Positions 1-6,301 of a stretch of 24,000 bases of DNA are shown piece by piece. The first letter of the stretch is position 1. The number at the start of each line of letters is the position of its first letter. The notes below the pieces were generated by a model, which saw nothing but the letters and a program-made list of their open reading frames with translations, ran no database searches and was not told the origin of the DNA. The stretch comes from Marinimicrobium alkaliphilum (GTDB taxonomy: Bacteria > Pseudomonadota > Gammaproteobacteria > Pseudomonadales > Cellvibrionaceae): NCBI RefSeq assembly GCF_003259155.1, contig NZ_QGMQ01000002.1:98925-122924 (forward strand), given 5' to 3'. A program made the position numbers and the translations under genes.

Positions 1-189
1 CCCTCGCGCGACCATTTACCGGTAGACCGCTACGTCCACCCGGATGAATTTGAAGAGTACACTCGGGTTGCCTATGAGCTGGGCTTTACCCACGCGGCCT
101 GCGGCCCGTTGGTGCGTTCGAGCTACCACGCCGACAAACAGGCCCACGGCGAGCAGGTGGGTGTGCTCAATCCGGCCTTTAGCGGTTAA
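1..189 (+). CDS. lipA: lipoyl synthase, C-terminal fragment (gene begins upstream of the window)
   Basis: Frame 1 from nt 1 reads [62 protein letters not shown], then TAA at 187-189. The [18 protein letters not shown] block is the conserved LipA C-terminus. It is absent from the ORF track because it has no start codon in the window. Confidence 0.9.
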   Translation, partial: PSRDHLPVDRYVHPDEFEEYTRVAYELGFTHAACGPLVRSSYHADKQAHGEQVGVLNPAFSG

Positions 190-190
190 T

Positions 191-703
191 TTGACGCCCG
201 AACCCGTGACGGTTGTCCCCCTGGGGCAGCGCCCTGAGTATCTGGAGCCGGTGGCGCGTTGGCACCACACGGAGTGCCTGCGCCAGGGGCTGGTGTCTGA
301 GCTGTCGGTACGTCGCGCCCGACTCGAGCAGCAAGTAGCCGGTGGTCGTATCCCGGTTACTCTTATCGCTCTGGCTCCGCAGCCATCGTCGGCGCCCATG
401 CTGGCCGGTTGCATCAGCTTGGTGCGCTACCACTACCGTCCTTTCGACGCGCCCGCACATACTACCTCGCCAGTGTGGCTGAGCAGCTTGTACGTCGCCC
501 CCGCGCAGCGCGAGCAGGGCATAGGCACCCATCTTGTGACCACCGCCGAGGCTTATGCCCGTGCGCGTGGTGAACAGTACCTCTGGTTGAGCACGCACGA
601 CAGCACCGGATTTTATCGTCGGCGCGGGTGGCAGCCGGTGCGCACGATTCAATTGGCCGGTCGCGAGGCGCAGGTGATGACCAGGAACCTTATGGGCCCG
701 TGA
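191..703 (+). CDS. GNAT family N-acetyltransferase (start uncertain)
   Basis: This is the 3' part of ORF 44..703; the part before 190 overlaps lipA and is not credible. It has the acetyl-CoA binding motif LYVAPAQREQGIGTHLV (Q/R-x-x-G-x-G/A) and a GFYRRRGW C-terminal motif. In-frame start candidates after the lipA stop are TTG 191 and GTG 206. None has a clear Shine-Dalgarno sequence. Confidence 0.7.
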   Translation: MTPEPVTVVPLGQRPEYLEPVARWHHTECLRQGLVSELSVRRARLEQQVAGGRIPVTLIALAPQPSSAPMLAGCISLVRYHYRPFDAPAHTTSPVWLSSLYVAPAQREQGIGTHLVTTAEAYARARGEQYLWLSTHDSTGFYRRRGWQPVRTIQLAGREAQVMTRNLMGP

Positions 704-808
704 CCACAGCGGTGTGTCTGTGTGAGTTTATTCGCAACGAGAGATGCAACGCCCGCCCGTTTCCGCTACGATGCTCTAACCTGTTGATTGCCAAAGACCT
801 GCTATCGA

Positions 809-2002
809 ATGAGCAATGCCGAGATTCTTGACCCCACCGCTTATTTTCCCCATTACCAGCCGGTGGTGGATTTAGTCACCGGTTGTATTGGTGGTTATGA
901 GGCGCTGGCGCGTTATCGCGATGAACAGGGTGTGGTGCGCAGTGCCGGGCCATTGTTCCACGGTGTTGGCTCCGATCGCCTACGTGTGGTTGACCGCCAT
1001 ATCCGCGCCCAGGCCCTGAGCCATTTCGCTGAGCACCCCGAGGCGGGCTATCTGGCGCTCAACATCTCGCCCGACTGGATCGATCGGCTCGAGGGCGATG
1101 CCAGCCCGACTATCGCCATGATCGAAGCGTCGGGGATCGACCCGGCTCGCGTGGTGATCGAAATTACCGAGGGCCAAGGCGAGTTGTCCGCGATTCAGCG
1201 TCTGGTGCAGGAGTATCACAATGCGGGATTGCGGGTGGCCATTGATGACTTTGGCGCGGGTGCGTCCCAGATCGACCGGGTCGCGGCCTTGCGCCCGGAC
1301 ATTCTCAAACTGGATATGCGCCTGTTCAAGCAGGCCGCGGTGGGCGGCGTGAGTGCCGATGCCATTCTCGCCTGCGCCGCCATCGCCCAGCGGGTGGGCT
1401 GTGACATTGTATGTGAAGGTGTCGAAACCATTGAAGAACTGCATTTCGGAATAGAGTGCGGCGCCCGCTATATTCAGGGACACATCTACCAGCCGGCGCT
1501 GCCCGCGCTGCTGGATAAACGCCAGCCCCTCGAGCAGACCCGCGCTATTCAGCAGTCCTTTCTCGATCGAAAAACCGAGCGCCTGCGTATGGCCTCGCGC
1601 CACAATCGCGTGATCAGTCAGCGGGTGGCGGATCTGCGCCTGCAGTTGATTGAAGAGGATTTTGCCAGTATCGATCCGAGCGGTCTGGCACAGTCCGGTA
1701 TTCTGCGTTACTACCTATGCAACGCCGATGGCACGCAGGTGACTGATAATTTTGAGCTGAGTCCGGCCGGACTCGTGTGTCAACCGGAGTACATGGGTAG
1801 CAACTGGAGCCATCGACCCTACTTCCCGCTGCTGCTGGCGCTTGGGGGGTCTGCCACGCGTGAGCTGGTGGTGTCCAATGCCTATCGCGATGTCAGTACA
1901 CGCCAACTGTGTAAAACCTACGCCACCTTCATTGGTGACGACCTGATTCTGCTGGTGGATGCGGAGGTTGAAGACGAGGTGCTCTACGCCCCGATGGGCT
2001 GA
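809..2002 (+). CDS. EAL-domain c-di-GMP phosphodiesterase with C-terminal Cache/PDC-like sensor domain
   Basis: ORF 788..2002 opens at TTG 788; the first ATG at 809 gives MSNAEILDPTAYFPHYQPVVDL. EAL catalytic signatures are present: YEALAR, LNISP, EITEG, DDFGAG, KLD, EGVE, QGH. The last ~130 aa (YYLCNADGTQV...SNWSHRPYF...VSNAYRDVSTRQL...LLVDAEV) look like a Cache/PDC ligand-binding fold. I see no signal peptide or TM helix. Confidence 0.8.
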   Translation: MSNAEILDPTAYFPHYQPVVDLVTGCIGGYEALARYRDEQGVVRSAGPLFHGVGSDRLRVVDRHIRAQALSHFAEHPEAGYLALNISPDWIDRLEGDASPTIAMIEASGIDPARVVIEITEGQGELSAIQRLVQEYHNAGLRVAIDDFGAGASQIDRVAALRPDILKLDMRLFKQAAVGGVSADAILACAAIAQRVGCDIVCEGVETIEELHFGIECGARYIQGHIYQPALPALLDKRQPLEQTRAIQQSFLDRKTERLRMASRHNRVISQRVADLRLQLIEEDFASIDPSGLAQSGILRYYLCNADGTQVTDNFELSPAGLVCQPEYMGSNWSHRPYFPLLLALGGSATRELVVSNAYRDVSTRQLCKTYATFIGDDLILLVDAEVEDEVLYAPMG

Positions 2003-2010
2003 GCGTCAAA

Positions 2011-2733
2011 TCAGAATGCCATGCAGGGGCTAAACCCGAGTCGGTTGTGTTCCAGCAACTGCTCGGGCAAATCGGTAAACACTGCATCCACGCCCAGTGC
2101 CTGCAGCCAATCCCAATCCTCTGGGTGATTGACTGTATACACCCAGTTTTTCAGCCCGCGTCGGCGCGCGTCGGCAATCAGCTCGGCGTTGACAAAGGTC
2201 ATGCCGGTGTTGAACGCGTAGGCGCCCAGCGGTTCGCAGCAGGCGGCGTAGTCAAGCGGATTCCCCTCTACCAGAACGCCCCGGCGTACCGACGGTAGCC
2301 GTTGTTTGAGGTCGAACAGTTGGTGGTGATCAAAGCTTGAGGCAATGTAGTGTTCCAGGCCCAACCCGGTATCCTGAGCGTAGCGGGTCAGCTCGCGCGC
2401 CAACACCGGCGCACAGCCCGGGCCTTTGATCTCGATATTGAGCAGGACCCGATCCTGCACCCGCTCGAGAATCTGGCGCAGCGTCGGAATGGGTTCACCG
2501 TTAGTCAGGCGCAGCTCACGCAATTCCGCCAGCGTGTGATTCACCAGCAGGCCATACCCCGGGACATCGCGTCCCAGGCGGCGGTCGTGGGTGGCGAGCA
2601 GCTCGCCCTCGATCTGCCAGACATCGATCTCGATACCGTCAACACCCAGCGCCAGGCTACGGTCCACAGCCTGAAGGCTGTTTTCGGGGCCGGGGCCGCC
2701 GCGGTGGGCAATACAGAGAAGGGGATGATCCAT
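2011..2733 (-). CDS. glycerophosphodiester phosphodiesterase (cytoplasmic UgpQ-like)
   Basis: The N-terminus MDHPLLCIAHRGGPGPENSLQAVDRSLALGVDGIEIDVW carries the HRG...EN...E-x-D motif set of the GDPD family. It is 240 aa with no signal peptide. Confidence 0.85.
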   Translation of the reverse strand: MDHPLLCIAHRGGPGPENSLQAVDRSLALGVDGIEIDVWQIEGELLATHDRRLGRDVPGYGLLVNHTLAELRELRLTNGEPIPTLRQILERVQDRVLLNIEIKGPGCAPVLARELTRYAQDTGLGLEHYIASSFDHHQLFDLKQRLPSVRRGVLVEGNPLDYAACCEPLGAYAFNTGMTFVNAELIADARRRGLKNWVYTVNHPEDWDWLQALGVDAVFTDLPEQLLEHNRLGFSPCMAF

Positions 2734-2834
2734 GGCAATTCCTGTGGTTGTCGCCGCTAGTATGGCATGGGCTTATGACCAGTCAATGGTCCCTGTGCTT
2801 TAATTAGGAGCAGGTATTCCCGGGATCCGATTCT

Positions 2835-3713
2835 ATGCACAGACGCTTGTCCATTACACCCCAGCAAGCCCTGCGGCTGTCTTTAGCGGCGGCCTTTGCC
2901 ACCATGGGGCTCAAGGCGCTGGCTTGGTACCTCACCGGTTCGGTAGGTTACCTGTCCGATGCGCTCGAATCGTTGGTGAATGTGGCCGGCGCCGGGTTCG
3001 CGCTGGCAATGGTGAGCTATGCCCGGCGCCCGGCGGACCGTGGTCACCCCTTTGGCCACGGCAAGGCGGAATATTTCTCTTCCGCATTTGAGGGTGCACT
3101 GATCGCGATGGCGGCGGGAATGATTATCTGGGTTGCCGTCGAGCGTTGGCTCAACCCGCGCGAACTGGAGCAGCTCGGAGGAGGTACGCTGATCATCATC
3201 GTTGCCAGTGGCATCAACGCAGGGGTTGCCTGGCTCCTGTTTCGCGTCGCCAAGGCCCATCACTCGCCGGCAGTCGAAGCCGACGCGAGGCATCTGCTCA
3301 CGGATGTCTGGACCAGTGCCGGTGTTATCGTCGGCGTGCTTCTGGCGGGGTGGAGCGGTCTTTACTGGCTGGACCCGTTAGTGGCGATTGCCGTGGCGCT
3401 GCACATTCTTTATCACGGCTGGCACTTGCTGGCCAAATCCACTGGCGGGCTCATGGATCATGCCCTCGACGGTGAAGACATCGCTGCTATAGAAGCCGTG
3501 TTTGCCCGGTATAGCGAGCGCGGCTGCCGTTTTGTACGCCTGCGCACCCGCGCCGCCGGGGCGCGGAAATTTGCGCAGGTGGCAGTGCAGGTGCCGGGCG
3601 ATTGGTCGGTGGAGGAGGGACACGCACTGGCCGACGCTGTCGAGCAGGCGCTGCGCGCCCAAGGCTATTACCTGGTCACGCACCTGGAGCCCCTGGGGGC
3701 TCACGAGTCCTGA
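2835..3713 (+). CDS. cation diffusion facilitator (CDF) family metal efflux transporter
   Basis: Several hydrophobic segments are followed by a soluble C-terminal domain. Family motifs include SDALESLVN (TM2), RRPADRGHPFGHGKAEYFSS and HLLTDVWTS (H-x3-D in TM5), as in FieF/YiiP-type exporters. No in-frame start lies upstream of ATG 2835 because TAG sits at 2805-2807. Confidence 0.85.
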   Translation: MHRRLSITPQQALRLSLAAAFATMGLKALAWYLTGSVGYLSDALESLVNVAGAGFALAMVSYARRPADRGHPFGHGKAEYFSSAFEGALIAMAAGMIIWVAVERWLNPRELEQLGGGTLIIIVASGINAGVAWLLFRVAKAHHSPAVEADARHLLTDVWTSAGVIVGVLLAGWSGLYWLDPLVAIAVALHILYHGWHLLAKSTGGLMDHALDGEDIAAIEAVFARYSERGCRFVRLRTRAAGARKFAQVAVQVPGDWSVEEGHALADAVEQALRAQGYYLVTHLEPLGAHES

Positions 3714-4903
3714 GCGAGCACCTCGGCGATGGCGTCAGCGACGTAGGCGATGGTTTCCGGGTTCAGTCCGGCAATATTGATGCGGCTATTGTCGGTCATG
3801 TAAATGCTGTAGCGTGCGCGCAGGGCATGGACCTGCCCGACACTCAGACCCAGGAACGAAAACATGCCGCGCTCGCGGGCGATAAAACCAAAATCCCGGG
3901 TCTGCTGGCGCTGGCTCAGGGCATCGACCAGTTGCTCGCGCAACCCTTGAATGCGTGCACGCATGCTGTCCAGCTCGGTGCGCCATTGGGTGCTCAGTGC
4001 TGAATCGTGCAGAATAATGTCCACCAGTGCGGCCCCGTGGGCGGGCGGCATGGAGTAGAGCCCCCGGGTGACATTGAGCATCTGGGTATGAATGGCATCG
4101 GCCCGCTCCCTGTCTGCCAGCACCAGGCTCAAGCTGCCGGCGCGCTCGCGGTAGAGGCCAAAATTCTTGGAAAAGGACGACGCCACCAGCAGTTCCGGTT
4201 GGGTCTGCGCCAGTAAGCGCACGCCGTAGGCGTCCTGGTCCAGACCCTCACCAAAACCCTGATAGGCCATATCGATAAACGGGGTAAATTCCCGCTCGCG
4301 CGCGACGTCTGCTACGGCTTGCCATTGGACTTGAGTCAGATCGGCGCCGCTGGGGTTGTGGCAGCAGGCGTGCAACAACACCAGATCGCCTTTGGCGACT
4401 TGGCGCAGACTGGCCAGCATGGCGTCAAAGTCGATGCTGTGGCTGGTATGGTCGTAGTAGGGGTATTCCTGTAAGGCAATGCCGGCGTTGCCCAGAAGCG
4501 GGACATGGTTGGCCCAGGTGGGGCTGCTCACCCAGATGGTGGCCTCGGGCCGTGCCCGGCGAATCAATTCGGCCGCCACGCGCAGGGCACCGCACCCGCC
4601 TGGGGTCTGGATGGTGCGCACCCGTTCGGCCGCGAGCGCCGGATGATCGGCGCCAAAGACCAGCTCATTGACCCCGGCATTGGCGCCCGGGTAGCCGGCC
4701 GGATTGGTATACGCTTTGGAGTCTTCCTGCTCAAGCCGACGCTGTTCGGCGGCATGCACGGCCGCCATGATCGGCGTGCGTCCGGCGTCATCTTTGTAAA
4801 CGCCAACCCCCAGGTCGACTTTGTCGGGGTTGTTGTCCTGTTGAAAGGCAACACTCAAACCCAGAATCGGGTCGGCGGGTAGCTGGGGTAGAGTCTCAAA
4901 CAT
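3701..4903 (-). CDS. class I aspartate/aromatic amino acid aminotransferase (AspC/TyrB family)
   Basis: It reads MFETLPQLPADPILGL...DLGVGVYKDDAGRTP and carries the PLP-lysine motif SSFSKNFGLYRERAGS. At 400 aa it is typical AspC/TyrB length. I cannot separate AspC from TyrB/PhhC specificity from sequence alone. Confidence 0.9.
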   Translation of the reverse strand: MFETLPQLPADPILGLSVAFQQDNNPDKVDLGVGVYKDDAGRTPIMAAVHAAEQRRLEQEDSKAYTNPAGYPGANAGVNELVFGADHPALAAERVRTIQTPGGCGALRVAAELIRRARPEATIWVSSPTWANHVPLLGNAGIALQEYPYYDHTSHSIDFDAMLASLRQVAKGDLVLLHACCHNPSGADLTQVQWQAVADVAREREFTPFIDMAYQGFGEGLDQDAYGVRLLAQTQPELLVASSFSKNFGLYRERAGSLSLVLADRERADAIHTQMLNVTRGLYSMPPAHGAALVDIILHDSALSTQWRTELDSMRARIQGLREQLVDALSQRQQTRDFGFIARERGMFSFLGLSVGQVHALRARYSIYMTDNSRINIAGLNPETIAYVADAIAEVLAQDS

Positions 4904-4935
4904 GGTGGTTACTCGTGTCGATTCGCGATGGGGCG

Positions 4936-4965
4936 ATTATACAGACACCGGCCTTACTGTATAAT
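4936..4965. promoter_or_regulatory. perfect 9-bp inverted repeat ATTATACAG-N12-CTGTATAAT, giving back-to-back TATAAT -10 boxes for the two divergent aminotransferase genes; possible operator
   Basis: Read directly from the sequence. 4936-4944 is ATTATACAG and 4957-4965 is CTGTATAAT, its exact reverse complement. TATAAT sits on the + strand at 4960-4965 (39 nt upstream of ATG 5011) and on the - strand at 4941-4936 (32 nt upstream of ATG 4903). The -35 regions are poor (TTATAC). Confidence 0.45.
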
Positions 4966-5010
4966 GATCGCTGACGTCGATGTTCAAGTCACCCAGTGGA
5001 ACCTGCCTTT

Positions 5011-6078
5011 ATGTCCAGATTCTGGAGCCCCCGCGTTCGCCAGCTCGTGCCTTATGTGCCCGGCGAGCAGCCCCAAATCGAACAGTTGATCAAGCTCAAT
5101 ACCAACGAGAACCCCTATCCGCCGTCGCCTCGGGTTGCCCAGGTGCTTGACGATGCTGCGCTGCGGGAGCGTCTGCGGCTGTATCCGGACCCGGAGTCGC
5201 GCCGCTTTTCCCAGGCCGTGGCCGATTATTACCAGATCGAGCGCGACCAGGTATTTGTCGGCAACGGCTCGGACGAGGTCTTGGCGTTGGCGTTTATGGC
5301 ATTTTTCCAGCAGGACAAGCCGCTTCTTTATCCCGATATCACCTACAGCTTTTACCCCGTGTACTGCCAATTGTTTGGCATCGAAGCAGAAACTGTGGCG
5401 CTGGGGGAAGACTTTCGACTCAAGCTCACCGATTTTGATCGCCCTAATGGCGGCATCATTTTCCCCAATCCGAATGCGCCCACCAGCCTGGGGTTGCCGC
5501 TGGCCGAGATCGAGGCCCTGCTGACGCGCAATAGGGATTCAGTGGTGATTGTCGATGAAGCGTACGTGGACTACGGTGCGGAGAGTGCGGTGGCTTTGGT
5601 CCAGCGGTTTCCGAACCTGTTGGTGGTGCAGACGCTGTCCAAATCCCGATCGCTTGCGGGGCTGCGTCTGGGGTACGCGATTGGCCACCCGGCGTTGATT
5701 GAAGGCCTGGAGCGGGTTAAAAACTCCTTTAACTCCTATCCGGTCGACGCCTTGGCGCAAGCGGCCGGTGAAGCGGCAATGGCTGATACTGCCTACTTTG
5801 AACAGTGTCGAGATCGGGTTATCGCGACGCGCGAGCGCACCCGCACTGCCCTTGAGACCCTGGATTTTACGGTGCTGCCCTCACAGGCCAACTTCCTGTT
5901 TGCCCGCCCGCCCGCGGGGCAGAGCGCCGAGGCACTGGCGCAGCAGCTGCGCGACGCCCGTATCCTGGTGCGTTATTTCAATAAACCCCGGATCAGCGAG
6001 TTCCTGAGGATCAGTGTTGGCACCGATGCGGAAATGGACGCGTTCTTGGCGGCGCTGGGGGATTGCCTGGGACAGTGA
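5011..6078 (+). CDS. hisC: histidinol-phosphate aminotransferase family (HisC-like, class II aminotransferase)
   Basis: ORF 4996..6078 opens at GTG 4996; the first ATG is at 5011 ([21 protein letters not shown]). It has [13 protein letters not shown] and the PLP-lysine motif [16 protein letters not shown] typical of HisC. It may be a paralogue with aromatic aminotransferase function, so the symbol is tentative. Confidence 0.8.
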   Translation: MSRFWSPRVRQLVPYVPGEQPQIEQLIKLNTNENPYPPSPRVAQVLDDAALRERLRLYPDPESRRFSQAVADYYQIERDQVFVGNGSDEVLALAFMAFFQQDKPLLYPDITYSFYPVYCQLFGIEAETVALGEDFRLKLTDFDRPNGGIIFPNPNAPTSLGLPLAEIEALLTRNRDSVVIVDEAYVDYGAESAVALVQRFPNLLVVQTLSKSRSLAGLRLGYAIGHPALIEGLERVKNSFNSYPVDALAQAAGEAAMADTAYFEQCRDRVIATRERTRTALETLDFTVLPSQANFLFARPPAGQSAEALAQQLRDARILVRYFNKPRISEFLRISVGTDAEMDAFLAALGDCLGQ

Positions 6079-6301
6079 AAAAATGACCTTGACTTAGGGT
6101 GATTTGGACAAAAAGCGAAAAAAGCGTGGATTGTTGTGCCATACTGGCCTTAATATAAGGAAGTTTTACGGATATCGCTTGCACATCGTTGGATGTTTTA
6201 ATAGATTGACGCAATAATCTTCTTAGAAGTGAATATTTGAGCACGGCCAATTTTTATTATTATTGGCAATGACGGGCCGCCCCACGGACACGACACGCGA
6301 T

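Noticed and set aside
2773-2810. A possible MerR-type metal-responsive promoter upstream of the CDF gene: TTATGA (2773-2778), a 20-bp spacer containing the dyad GACCA-N5-TGGTC (2778-2792), then TTTAAT (2799-2804).
   Set aside because: The -35 match is poor, the dyad is only 5 bp and no MerR-family gene is nearby. The pattern is suggestive but too weak to call. The AGGAG at 2806-2810 lies 24 nt from ATG 2835, so it is not its SD.
4936-4965. The ACAG/CTGT-containing palindrome, considered as a LexA SOS box.
   Set aside because: The gammaproteobacterial LexA box is CTGT-N8-ACAG. Here the half-sites are in the opposite order (ACAG-N12-CTGT) with the wrong spacing. It also does not fit a TyrR box (TGTAAA-N6-TTTACA).
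6011-6250. A 79-aa minus-strand ORF spanning the hisC 3' end and the AT-rich spacer, considered as a possible small gene.
   Set aside because: It overlaps hisC by 68 bp. It has no SD and no recognisable motif, and half of it is simply the AT-rich spacer read in a stop-free frame.
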